49,421 nucleotides of DNA from Acidobacteriota bacterium. GTDB taxonomy: Bacteria; Acidobacteriota; Terriglobia; Terriglobales; Acidobacteriaceae. The stretch covers positions 1 through 49,421 of the forward strand of contig JAGWML010000001.1 of the NCBI GenBank assembly GCA_028873155.1. Reading direction: 5' to 3'. The number at the start of each line of letters is the position of its first letter. Position 1 is the stretch's first letter. The notes under the pieces were generated by a model. The model saw nothing but the letters and a program-made list of their open reading frames with translations. It was not told where the DNA came from and did not search any database. This document shows positions 9,869 through 18,982 of this stretch, one piece after another. The position numbers and the translations under genes are program-made.

Positions 9869-11074
9869 GTGGCTGCATCACGCAAAAGTAGACGCTTCTG
9901 GATCTGGATCAGTATTCCTGCATTGCTTATCCTTGTGGCGGCTGCCATCGGCATCACTCACCTTGCTCACGGGTCTCAGGTGGATCCGAATCGCCTGGCA
10001 AAGGTGCAGCGTGGCGATGTTACGCGCTCCGTAGTTGCAACGGGAACAATCGAGCCCATCACCAAGGTTGAGGTCAAGTCCAAGGCCTCCGGTATCGTTG
10101 AAAAGCTGCTCGTCGACATCAACTCGCGTGTCCGCAAGGGCCAGGAGCTGGCTCAGCTGGATCAAGAAGAGATTCAGGCCGAGGTGGACGCCCAGCGCGC
10201 CCAGCTTGCCGCGGCCGAGGCCAACGTGGTCACCTATCAGGCCAATATCGAACAGGACAAGGTGAACGCTGCGGCTCCCGACCTTCCCATGTACAAGGCT
10301 ACGCTGGATCGAAATCTGCAGATGCAGAAAGAAGGCGTTGTCAGCCAGCAGGCGCTCGACAATGCAAATCGCGATTACCTGGCGGCGCTGAATAAGCGGG
10401 ATGCCGCGCAAGCACAGATCGGCGTCGACTCCGCACGCCTGAAACAGGCGCGCGCGCAGGTGATGCAGAGCCAGGCCAGCCTCAAACAGTTGGAAGAGCA
10501 GCTCAGTTACACCACCATCCTCGCGCCGATGGATGGCGTCATCCTCTCGCGGGATGTGGAGATTGGCGATGCGGTCAGCTCGATTCTGGTTCTCGGGTCC
10601 ACGGCAACGCTTATCATGACCGAAGGCGACACGACCCAGGTTTACGTGAAAGGCAAGGTCGACGAAGCCGACATCGCGCACGTCTATCTCGGCCAGCCGG
10701 CCCGGATCAAGATGGAAAGCTTCCGCGACCGCGTCTTCCAGGGTAAAGTGACCAAGATTGCGCCTCTCGGCGTGGCCAAGGACAACGTGACCACCTTTGA
10801 AGTTCGCGTCTCGATTGACAACCCGACGGGTGAGTTGAAGGCGAACATGACCGCCAACGCTGAGATTCTTTTGGACGAGCACATAGGTGTGCTTACCGTA
10901 CCCGAGAATGCGGTGAACTACGACAACAAGAAGAACGCATTCGTCAATGTTCCCGATCGCGGCCAGAAGGATGGCACGCGCAAAGCGGCTGTCACCGTAG
11001 GCCTCTCCAACGGCTCAGTGACAGAAATTGTCAGCGGGCTCAAGGAAGGCGACTCGGTTGTTCTGCAGCAGTGA
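9869..11074 (+). CDS. efflux RND/ABC periplasmic adaptor subunit (MacA/YknX-like)
   Basis: N-terminal TM, VEVKSKASG lipoyl half, coiled hairpin, APMDG, VDEADI, VGLSNG..TEIVSGL. GGAGGG RBS before the GTG. Confidence 0.92.
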   Translation: MAASRKSRRFWIWISIPALLILVAAAIGITHLAHGSQVDPNRLAKVQRGDVTRSVVATGTIEPITKVEVKSKASGIVEKLLVDINSRVRKGQELAQLDQEEIQAEVDAQRAQLAAAEANVVTYQANIEQDKVNAAAPDLPMYKATLDRNLQMQKEGVVSQQALDNANRDYLAALNKRDAAQAQIGVDSARLKQARAQVMQSQASLKQLEEQLSYTTILAPMDGVILSRDVEIGDAVSSILVLGSTATLIMTEGDTTQVYVKGKVDEADIAHVYLGQPARIKMESFRDRVFQGKVTKIAPLGVAKDNVTTFEVRVSIDNPTGELKANMTANAEILLDEHIGVLTVPENAVNYDNKKNAFVNVPDRGQKDGTRKAAVTVGLSNGSVTEIVSGLKEGDSVVLQQ

Positions 11075-11120
11075 GCGCCCCATCGTCGTTCGGCGTCACA
11101 GCTTTCAGATGAGGATTGCC

Positions 11121-11951
11121 ATGAAGCGAATGTTCATTCCAGCCTTTGCCCTGCTCTTCAGCGCACTGCCTGCGCTTGCTGCTGAAGCAACGTTTGATCG
11201 CACTCTCACTGTGAATGGCCCCGTTGACCTGACCGTCTCCGACGGCGCCGGTACTATCCACATCACGCGTGGGTCCGACCAGCGGATCCACATCTCTGGC
11301 CGTGTTCATTCCGGGTGGGATTCAAGCGGCCAGCGAGCCAGTGAAGTCGCGGCCAATCCGCCGATTCAACAGACCGGTAACATCGTCCGCATTGGTGGCC
11401 ACGGCTTTGATCTCCAGCATGTCTCCATTGACTACGAGATTCAGGCGCCCGCAAGCGCCCATCTCAAAGCAAATACAGGTTCGGGCAGCCTGCGCATCGA
11501 AGGTGTAGGCCAGGATGCCCACCTGTCAACGGGATCCGGCGATATTCGCGCCGAGGGTTTGCAGGGCGGATTCATCATCGGCACCGGCTCAGGCAATATC
11601 GTCGCAACACAGGTATCCGCAGGCGATGTCAAAGCAGACACCGGCTCGGGCGACATTGATCTGCAAGGCATCCACGGCGGTCTTCATACCGCCACCGGCT
11701 CCGGCAAGATTCGCGTGAGTGGAACCCCCACCAGTGCCTGGCGACTTCAAACCGGCTCCGGCAACATCGAGTTCACGCCCGGCTCCGCAGGCTTTGCGCT
11801 GGATGCGTCCACCGGCTCCGGAGACATTCGCAGCGACCAGCAGATGGCCATGCAGGGCTCCATCAACCGCCATCACGTGGTGGCAAATATACACGGCGGC
11901 GGACCGCTGGTCCGCATCGAAACCGGATCGGGAGATATCCGCATTCACTAA
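11121..11951 (+). CDS. DUF4097-family beta-strand repeat protein (exported)
   Basis: Signal peptide and repeated TGSG(D/N)I units. Confidence 0.85.
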   Translation: MKRMFIPAFALLFSALPALAAEATFDRTLTVNGPVDLTVSDGAGTIHITRGSDQRIHISGRVHSGWDSSGQRASEVAANPPIQQTGNIVRIGGHGFDLQHVSIDYEIQAPASAHLKANTGSGSLRIEGVGQDAHLSTGSGDIRAEGLQGGFIIGTGSGNIVATQVSAGDVKADTGSGDIDLQGIHGGLHTATGSGKIRVSGTPTSAWRLQTGSGNIEFTPGSAGFALDASTGSGDIRSDQQMAMQGSINRHHVVANIHGGGPLVRIETGSGDIRIH

Positions 11952-11991
11952 CGCCACTGCGCGGCAGTTCCAGCTTTTACACTGAAGGGGT

Positions 11992-12753
11992 ATGGTTCGC
12001 GTCTTCCGCCCGCTTCCCGTCGATTCGCTCAAGTTGCTGGTATTTGATCTCGATGGCACGCTGATCGACTCCGCACAGGACCTGTGCAACAGCGTGAACG
12101 CAACCCTTGAGCACTTCGGCCGTCGCCATCTGCCCGATGCAACCATCGCGCGTTATATCGGGAATGGCGCGCTGATGCTGGTGCGCCGCGCCATGGGCCA
12201 TGCCAGTAAAGATGAGCTCGACGATGCGCTGCTGACGGATGCGCACAGGTTTTTCCTCGAATACTATCTCGAACACAAGCTCGATTTCACCTACGCATAC
12301 GACGGCGTCCTTGAGGCGCTCTCTGCCTTGCGCACCATGCACGAGGCGCCAGGCGCAGCGTCTCGCGCCATGGCTGTGCTCACCAACAAGCCTGTGCGTC
12401 CGGCACGCGCCATTTGCGAGGCGCTGGACCTTGCGCCGTATTTCATCAATATTTATGGCGGCAACAGCTTTACCACCAAGAAACCTGATCCGGAAGGCCT
12501 CTTCGCCCTGATGCAGGAGGCGAGTGCGCTGCCTGAGGAGACCGTCATGATCGGCGACAGTCAGGTCGATGTTGAAACGGCGCGGAATGCGGGTGCGTGG
12601 TCGGTGGGTTGCACTTTCGGCCTTTCTCCGGAGAGCCTGACCTCGCTGCCCCCCGATGTCCTGGTCGATTCCCCGGCGGACTGGACTCGCCTGCTGACGC
12701 CGCCGAGATTGCTGACAAGCTCCGGTACATCTGAAAGCGCACCCATGGCGTAA
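11992..12753 (+). CDS. HAD-family hydrolase (phosphoglycolate phosphatase-like)
   Basis: FDLDGTLIDS, LTNKP, KKPDP and MIGDS motifs. Confidence 0.92.
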   Translation: MVRVFRPLPVDSLKLLVFDLDGTLIDSAQDLCNSVNATLEHFGRRHLPDATIARYIGNGALMLVRRAMGHASKDELDDALLTDAHRFFLEYYLEHKLDFTYAYDGVLEALSALRTMHEAPGAASRAMAVLTNKPVRPARAICEALDLAPYFINIYGGNSFTTKKPDPEGLFALMQEASALPEETVMIGDSQVDVETARNAGAWSVGCTFGLSPESLTSLPPDVLVDSPADWTRLLTPPRLLTSSGTSESAPMA

Positions 12754-12819
12754 ACTACGTGCCGAGGCGCGCAGGCACGCGATCAAGGCGCCAAATTCCA
12801 GCGATATTCGTCCATCGCG

Positions 12820-12846
12820 GGAACCAGCACACACCGTTTTGCGTAT
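12820..12846 (+). promoter_or_regulatory. ECF-sigma-type promoter GGAAC-N17-CGTA
   Basis: GGAACCAgcacacaccgtttTGCGTAT, followed by an AAGGAGG RBS and ATG at 12864. Confidence 0.7.
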
Positions 12847-12863
12847 CGGGGCAAGGAGGCGGA

Positions 12864-13406
12864 ATGATACACAAGCTTGGCATTGCAATCGCACTCTTTG
12901 GAGCGGCCATCCTGGTGTTCCCTGCTCGCGCCCATGCGAGCCGCGACGTGGTCCAGTTCGGCAGCGATATCGTCGTGCCGCAGGGCCAGTCTATCCATGA
13001 CGCGGTCTGCTTTTTCTGCTCCGTCAAGGTAGAGGGCATTGCGGAACACGATCTCGTCGTCTTCTTTGGCAGCACGCAGATCGACGGCGAAGCCAAACAC
13101 GACATCGTCACCTTCTTTGGCGATGTTCACGTGGGTACAAACGTCCACATCGGCCACGACGTCGTGAATTTCTTCGGCACCACTCGCCTGGGAGACAACT
13201 CCTCTATCGGCAATGATGCCGTCATCATGTTTGGCGACATGCGTGCCGCGGAAACCTCATCCGTCGCCGGCAATCGGGTCATTCAGCCGTTCTTTTTACT
13301 GCTGATCCCGCTGGGCATCCTTGCCGCGCTGATCTTCGGAATCATCGCCCTGATTCGCTGGATTCAACGCCCGGCGTATCCCGTCTATCCGCTGCCGCCG
13401 CACTAG
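12864..13406 (+). CDS. hypothetical exported beta-helix-repeat protein with C-terminal membrane anchor
   Basis: Signal peptide (…AHA), repeats D(A/L/I/V)VxFFGxV, C-terminal TM, strong RBS. Confidence 0.8.
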   Translation: MIHKLGIAIALFGAAILVFPARAHASRDVVQFGSDIVVPQGQSIHDAVCFFCSVKVEGIAEHDLVVFFGSTQIDGEAKHDIVTFFGDVHVGTNVHIGHDVVNFFGTTRLGDNSSIGNDAVIMFGDMRAAETSSVAGNRVIQPFFLLLIPLGILAALIFGIIALIRWIQRPAYPVYPLPPH

Positions 13407-13447
13407 CTATTTGATTCGCGCCCATCGCCGTGAAGCTGTCGGGCGCC

Positions 13448-13909
13448 CTATGGCGCCAGCGGCGTAATATCCGTTACCGGCAAATCCCAGTGCGCGAGCA
13501 ATATCTCAAATCGCCGCTGCTCTTCCCTCTTGTATGTCGCCTGATCTGGCCACAATTCCTTGATCATGGCCTCCTCATCGGGATTCGCCGTCGTCGCCAC
13601 GGTTGAATTCCTGAAGCGGATCGTCACCCGGTAATCCCATCGCCCGTCTTCTGTCGTGTGGTACGCAGGTGACTCAATCTTGACCGACAGCATTCTACCC
13701 GTCGTCTCCATCCGGCGCAGCAGGGGATAGTGGTTCTTCAGAAATAAATCCAGAAACTCCTGCTGATGCCCCCACTGCACTTTGTAGTAGTACTCCACCG
13801 TGTAGGGCTGGTCGGCCTTGCCCTGCGGCGGCGCGCCTTGCGCTGTCACGGGCATTCCCATTCCAAGGGCAATCAATGCCCCGCAAACCGCAATCCAAAT
13901 CCTGCGCAT
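13448..13909 (-). CDS. hypothetical exported protein (possibly NIPSNAP-like fold)
   Basis: AGGAG RBS and signal peptide. The fold assignment is inference. Confidence 0.75.
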   Translation of the reverse strand: MRRIWIAVCGALIALGMGMPVTAQGAPPQGKADQPYTVEYYYKVQWGHQQEFLDLFLKNHYPLLRRMETTGRMLSVKIESPAYHTTEDGRWDYRVTIRFRNSTVATTANPDEEAMIKELWPDQATYKREEQRRFEILLAHWDLPVTDITPLAP

Positions 13910-14035
13910 CGCTTCTCTCCTATGCAAGAACCGTGCGCCATTCTACCGCGAATCCTGCCCGAGCGCCGCGCCGCCATTCGCTGCACCCTTCTGCCGCGCT
14001 CGTGAATCCAATGCAGCACAGGAGACAGATTTCCC

Positions 14036-14779
14036 ATGTCCAGCAAAATTGCCTTCGTCACAGGCGGAAACCGCGGCATCGGCTTCCAGACCGCTCTTGA
14101 CCTCCACAACGCGGGAGTGGCGGTCGTCATCGGCTCGCGTGATCCCAAGCAAGGGGAGCAGGCTCTCCACGAGCTGCGTCAGGCGGGCGCCACGGCTGAA
14201 ATGCTTCCGTTCGACGTGACCGACGCATCCCATCACAAAGCCGCATTCGATTACTTCAACTCCCGGCATGGCCGCCTCGACATCCTCGTCAACAACGCCG
14301 GCATCGCAGCCGGTGGCTTTCCGCCAGTCGGCGCCGAACACACGGCCTGCGAAGCTCCGTCGGACGTTCTGCGCAAAGTCTTTGAGACGAACTTCTTTGC
14401 GCAGGTCGCTCTCACCCAGACGCTGCTGCCCCTGCTCAAAAAGAGCCCCGCGGCGCGCATCGTCAACCTCTCCAGCATTCTGGGCTCGCTCAAGCTTCAC
14501 GCCGAGCCCGGCTCGCCCATCTACGATGCAAAGTCCTTCGCCTACGACGCCTCGAAGACCGCGTTGAATGCCTTCACCATTCACCTTGCCTACGAGCTCC
14601 GCAACTCCAACATCAAGGTCAACTCGGCGCATCCTGGCTGGGTCAAAACGGATATGGGCGGCGAGCAGGCGCCCATGGAGCTCGCAGACGGAAGCAAGAC
14701 GAGTGTCGCGCTTGCCACTTTGCCCGACGACGGTCCGACCGGCGGTTTCTTTCACATGGGCAAGCCCCTTCCCTGGTAA
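14036..14779 (+). CDS. SDR-family oxidoreductase (carbonyl reductase-like)
   Basis: TGGNRGIG, NNAG, YDASK catalytic motif, HPGWVKTDMGG. Confidence 0.95.
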   Translation: MSSKIAFVTGGNRGIGFQTALDLHNAGVAVVIGSRDPKQGEQALHELRQAGATAEMLPFDVTDASHHKAAFDYFNSRHGRLDILVNNAGIAAGGFPPVGAEHTACEAPSDVLRKVFETNFFAQVALTQTLLPLLKKSPAARIVNLSSILGSLKLHAEPGSPIYDAKSFAYDASKTALNAFTIHLAYELRNSNIKVNSAHPGWVKTDMGGEQAPMELADGSKTSVALATLPDDGPTGGFFHMGKPLPW

Positions 14780-14913
14780 TGTCCGCGGGAAGCCAGCGAT
14801 CAGCGAGACGAGCATTCACGTCTCGCGCTTCCAGCCGAGGTGCGGGCTTTCCGCACCTCTGGCCCAGCCCCTACAATGAGTCAAGACATCTAATTCATTG
14901 AAGGAACCCGACC

Positions 14914-15096
14914 ATGCCCCTCTCCGGAGAAGCCATCCGCCTGATGAACTATATTGACGATGTTGCAGTCACGCTGCGACGCCTCCTTGCCGCCGCTCCA
15001 GGTCTCTCCGCGGAAGAGCGCGCGCGTGTTGCGGAGCATCTCGAGCAGGCTCGCCCCAGCGCCAATGATGTGCTTCAGGCGCTTACCTCCCGATAA
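14914..15096 (+). CDS. small hypothetical protein (60 aa)
   Basis: AAGGAA RBS, upstream TACAAT -10, and a helical protein-like sequence filling the intergenic gap. Confidence 0.7.
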   Translation: MPLSGEAIRLMNYIDDVAVTLRRLLAAAPGLSAEERARVAEHLEQARPSANDVLQALTSR

Positions 15097-15643
15097 TCCC
15101 TTGCCCATCACACTCGCCATCATTGGAGCAGGGCCACTGGGCCGCTGGCTGGCTCTTGCGGCTGCGCGCGCGGGCTATCGAGTGCTGCTGGAAGATGTCA
15201 TGCCGGTCAATCTGCGCCATGCACAGGAAGCGCTTCGCCTTGAGCTCAGCGCCGAAGCATTGCCCGCGGTCACCTTTGTTCAAACCGTCGAAGATGCCGT
15301 GCGTGAAGCAGACCTGGCAATCGATTGCGTCCCTGACGAACTCGAATCGAAGCTCGAAATCCTGTGGCTCCTCGATCGCATGGCTCCGCCGCGCACCATC
15401 CTGGCCACGCCCACCACGCATCTGTCGATCAAAGATCTCGCAGGCTGTACGTACCGCGCCGACCGCTGCGTCGCCATCGCTTCCAGCGCGTTTGAATTTA
15501 CCTCTGAGTCGGCCACGCACCCCGCGGGAGCTGCGCTGCTCCTGCGCAAAACCGATCACACCGCGAGCGACACCCTTCGCGTCGTGACAGACTTCTGGCA
15601 AAGTCTTGGCTTTGCTCCCGTCTGGGAGTCCGATCCGGCTTAG
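15065..15643 (+). CDS. 3-hydroxyacyl-CoA dehydrogenase NAD-binding-domain-only protein
   Basis: IIGAGPLG Rossmann motif and ADLAIDCVPDELESK. No C-terminal domain. The start may be TTG at 15101. Confidence 0.8.
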   Translation: MMCFRRLPPDNPLPITLAIIGAGPLGRWLALAAARAGYRVLLEDVMPVNLRHAQEALRLELSAEALPAVTFVQTVEDAVREADLAIDCVPDELESKLEILWLLDRMAPPRTILATPTTHLSIKDLAGCTYRADRCVAIASSAFEFTSESATHPAGAALLLRKTDHTASDTLRVVTDFWQSLGFAPVWESDPA

Positions 15644-16785
15644 CTGGTTTGCGCCAGGATCGTCTCGTAGTACTGAACATAGCGCGGCACAATCTTCGTG
15701 GCGCAGAATCGCGTCCGTGCCGTCTTGCGAGCAGCATCCCGCATCGTTTCCAGCCGATCGCGATTTTGCAGAAGCGCCACGATGCCCGCGGCCATTGCAT
15801 CCAGCGCTGCCACGGGAAAGAGCAGTCCAGTCACTCCATCATCGATCAGCTCAGGCACACCGCCCACGCGGGTTGCGATTGCAGGCACCTTGCAGGCCAT
15901 CGCTTCCAGCGCCGCCAGTCCAAAGGATTCCAACTCGCTGGGCATCACCATGAGATCTGCCATAGCGAGCAGCTCATTCACACGTTCCTGCTTGCCCAGA
16001 AAATGAATGCGATCGTGGATTCCCAGCTCGTGCGCCAGCCACTCGGCAGCAGACCGGTCGGGACCGTCGCCCACGAGCACCAATTGTGCCGGCACTTCTC
16101 GTACAACGCGCGAGAAGATCTTCACCACGTCCACCACACGCTTCACAGGCCTGAAATTCGACAGGTGGATGAGAATCGCTTCTCCGTCTTTTGCGAATCG
16201 CTTTCGCGCCTCTGAGCGCACGGCCTCATCGGTAAATGGCGTGTACACGTCGCAGTTCACGAAGTTTGGAATCACTTCAATTCCGCGCGTAATGCCAAAG
16301 TCCTCAAGCGTCTTCTCTTTCAGGTAGCTCGATATGCTTGTCACGCCATCGCTCTCCTGAATTGCGTATTGCGTAATGGACAGATAGCTTCGATCCAGGC
16401 CGACAAGCGTGATATCTGTCCCGTGCAAGGTCGTCACAAATGGCAGCCGCCGACCCCGGCTCGCGAGCATCTGCCGTGCGAGCAGTGCGCTCACCGAATG
16501 AGGGATCGCATAGTGGACATGCAACAGATCCAGGTCATTGAATTCGGCCACCTCTGCCATGCGCGAGGCGAGCGCCAGATCGTAGGGAGGAAACTCAAAC
16601 AATGGATAGTTGGAAACGGGAACCTCGTGATAGAAGACCCCTTCGTTGCGACCATTCAACCGGAACGGCTGCGAGTAGGAGATGAAATGAACCTCATGCC
16701 CCGCCGCTGCAAGTTCGATGCCCAGCTCCGTCGCCACCACTCCTGAACCGCCGTAGGTGGGGTAGCACGTGATTCCAATCCGCAT
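15640..16785 (-). CDS. bshA: N-acetyl-alpha-D-glucosaminyl L-malate synthase (bacillithiol biosynthesis GT4)
   Basis: MRIGITCYPTYGGSGVVATELG, HVHYAIPH, TTLHGTDIT, SNFRPVKR, ESFGLAALEAM. Confidence 0.95.
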   Translation of the reverse strand: MRIGITCYPTYGGSGVVATELGIELAAAGHEVHFISYSQPFRLNGRNEGVFYHEVPVSNYPLFEFPPYDLALASRMAEVAEFNDLDLLHVHYAIPHSVSALLARQMLASRGRRLPFVTTLHGTDITLVGLDRSYLSITQYAIQESDGVTSISSYLKEKTLEDFGITRGIEVIPNFVNCDVYTPFTDEAVRSEARKRFAKDGEAILIHLSNFRPVKRVVDVVKIFSRVVREVPAQLVLVGDGPDRSAAEWLAHELGIHDRIHFLGKQERVNELLAMADLMVMPSELESFGLAALEAMACKVPAIATRVGGVPELIDDGVTGLLFPVAALDAMAAGIVALLQNRDRLETMRDAARKTARTRFCATKIVPRYVQYYETILAQTS

Positions 16786-16799
16786 GGATCCTTCTTCTC

Positions 16800-16866
16800 A
16801 AACAAAACTGAGCGCCGAAGGGCAGGTGGTCCGTTCCTGGGAGACGCACCCTTCTGCCCGGCTCAG
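16800..16866 (-). terminator. terminator-like long hairpin between the ChbG/HpnK gene and bshA
   Basis: Minus strand CTGAGC…GCTCAG stem followed by TTTTGTTT. Confidence 0.45.
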
Positions 16867-17726
16867 AAAATCTTAACAGGATGCTCGTCGAACGCCGCAA
16901 AGGAAGCCATACTCAATCCTGCCCTTCCCTTGAGTGCACTCAACGCGGCCCGCTCTGTCTCCCGTGATGCCAGAAGGCGCGTATGCGCATGGGCAAGATC
17001 AGCATCGTTGTATCCGGGATGCGTCACCAGCTCGAATGTTCCCTCCGGCATCGCTGTAGCGAGGGATGTCACTGCGCTTGTATCCAGCGTACCCGTGGCC
17101 AACACGCCCATCGCTCCGTCCGTCGTTGCAAATCCTTCCTCGCGCACAATGCGCCGGAATGCGGGCTCCAGTCTGCGCAGCAAGCCTACTTCCCATTTCC
17201 GCACCGCCGGAGCACCCGGCGTAGCCTGCACGCTCCACTCCGGCTCGAAGGGATTGCGCACGACGCGCACATTGCACGCACGCGCGGCACGCAGAAGCGG
17301 CCGCAGCACTGCCGGAAACATGTGCGTATGCTTGTGCGTATCGACGTGCGTCACGCGCACACCAAACTCCTGTAACCGCGCAATCTGCGCGTACGCTTCC
17401 GCCTCGATGTCGCCGCTGCGAATCCCGCCCGCAAGTAAGCGAGGTAGAAATTGACCTAATGTGCGATAGAGCTGTCCAGTCTTGCGGTCGATCAGGGAGG
17501 ATTGTTGCCCGCCGTCCAGAACTGGCACGCCATCCACCAGCACGACATGGCACCCGACACCCAGCGTCGGCGTTGAACGCGCCAGCTCAATGGCCTCTGA
17601 AGTCGCCGCCGCGTTCGCCATCAGCGTTGCGGATGTCAAGACACCTGCGCGATGCAATTCGATGATTGCGCGATTGACTCCCGCGGTAAGCCCGAAGTCA
17701 TCCGCATTGACAATCAGTCGTCTCAC
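16863..17726 (-). CDS. ChbG/HpnK (YdjC) family deacetylase
   Basis: LIVNADDFG, SATLM, GVGCH, THVDTHKHTH, ELVTHPG. Confidence 0.92.
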   Translation of the reverse strand: MRRLIVNADDFGLTAGVNRAIIELHRAGVLTSATLMANAAATSEAIELARSTPTLGVGCHVVLVDGVPVLDGGQQSSLIDRKTGQLYRTLGQFLPRLLAGGIRSGDIEAEAYAQIARLQEFGVRVTHVDTHKHTHMFPAVLRPLLRAARACNVRVVRNPFEPEWSVQATPGAPAVRKWEVGLLRRLEPAFRRIVREEGFATTDGAMGVLATGTLDTSAVTSLATAMPEGTFELVTHPGYNDADLAHAHTRLLASRETERAALSALKGRAGLSMASFAAFDEHPVKIF

Positions 17727-17811
17727 CGGCCTGGTCTACCCTTCTCTTCGATCCATACGGTCGCCCACTGATATGATGAATGCAGGCCGAGTGGCGTATC
17801 CGCGAGCCCAT

Positions 17812-17888
17812 GGGCGGTTAGCTCAGCTGGTTAGAGCGCCTGCCTTACAAGCAGGAAGTCGGGGGTTCGAGTCCCTCACTGCCCACCA
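17812..17888 (+). tRNA. tRNA-Val (anticodon TAC)
   Basis: GGGCGGT acceptor stem, D arm GCTCAGCTGGTTAGAGC, anticodon arm CCTGC-CTTACAA-GCAGG, GGTTCGAGTCC T loop, encoded CCA. Confidence 0.98.
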
Positions 17889-17919
17889 TATTCGCCACGC
17901 CACCACTTGAGACGATGCG

Positions 17920-18978
17920 CTAATTCCGGATTCCTTCAAGCAACGCCTCAACTTCCCGCTTTTCCTCTGTTTTCAGCGGGAGCAACGGCAGCCTGGGCCG
18001 CCCACCCCAATATCCGTTGTAGTCGCAGGAGTATTTGATTCCGGCAATCCCCAGTGCCCCCGTGATGCGCGCATTGGCCTTCACAATCCTTTGCTGCTTC
18101 TCGGCGGCCAGTTTCAGATCATGGTCCTTCCATGCCAGGTACACTTCCTGGCATGCCTGCGGTGCACACGCGGCAAAGCCCAGAATCGCTCCTGAAGCAC
18201 CGAGTTCAAGCGACTCCAGCATGTCCCCTGCTGATCCAGTCAGCACCTGGAAGCCTACTTCCTTGCTGCGGGTCTTCATCGGCACTACCGGTGGGGCTGT
18301 CTCCACGGCGGCTCCTCCTGCAAGGTCTTCCGCAGAAACGAATGTTGCCGGCTCCAGTGCGGTATCCGCTCGCAACATCCGCGCAGTTACGGCTTCAAAG
18401 ACCGGCGTCACTGTCACCGTGCGGCGCCGCGCCTCTCGCGTCGCGGCCAGCGTGGCTTTCATACGCGCCATGTCTCCGCTTGAGTCCTTGATGCCAATGA
18501 TGTTTGGATGCTCGGCCAGTTCGGCGATTACTTCTACGGGAATGTCATAGGGCACGCAGCGCGGAATGTTGTAGAGCATCACGGGCAAAGGCAATCGATC
18601 CGCCACGCTGCGAAAATAGGTCAGGACCGCAGCCGCGGTCATCTGTCCTGCATAGTACGTCGGCGTGCGCACCAGAACGACATCGTATTGATGTTTCGCC
18701 GCTACCTCGGCCGTCTCCAGGGTCGCTTTCACGCTCTCGCGGCCGACGCCTGCGATCAAGACCTTCTCGGGTGCAGCCGCTTCGGCCGCAACGCGTAGAA
18801 CATCCCACGCCTCCTGGTCGCTCAGCTCGGGCGCTTCGCCTGTTGAGCCCAGGACAACCATCCCTGCCAGCAGACTGCGCGAGTAGTGCGCAATATTCGC
18901 TTCCAGTTTGCGAAAATACACGCGTTCATCTGGATAAAACGGCGTTGTCGCCGCCGCAAATACACCCTCAATCAGCAT
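17920..18978 (-). CDS. dihydrodipicolinate synthase family aldolase (HOGA-like)
   Basis: LGSTGE, LYNIP, Schiff-base GIKDSSGD, FQVLTGSA, GYWGGRPRLPL. Confidence 0.9.
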   Translation of the reverse strand: MLIEGVFAAATTPFYPDERVYFRKLEANIAHYSRSLLAGMVVLGSTGEAPELSDQEAWDVLRVAAEAAAPEKVLIAGVGRESVKATLETAEVAAKHQYDVVLVRTPTYYAGQMTAAAVLTYFRSVADRLPLPVMLYNIPRCVPYDIPVEVIAELAEHPNIIGIKDSSGDMARMKATLAATREARRRTVTVTPVFEAVTARMLRADTALEPATFVSAEDLAGGAAVETAPPVVPMKTRSKEVGFQVLTGSAGDMLESLELGASGAILGFAACAPQACQEVYLAWKDHDLKLAAEKQQRIVKANARITGALGIAGIKYSCDYNGYWGGRPRLPLLPLKTEEKREVEALLEGIRN

Positions 18979-18982
18979 AGTC

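Noticed and set aside
17812-17920. tRNA-Val as an integration site for an island
   Set aside because: No integrase, and I did not see a duplicated tRNA 3' end. The flanking genes are housekeeping.
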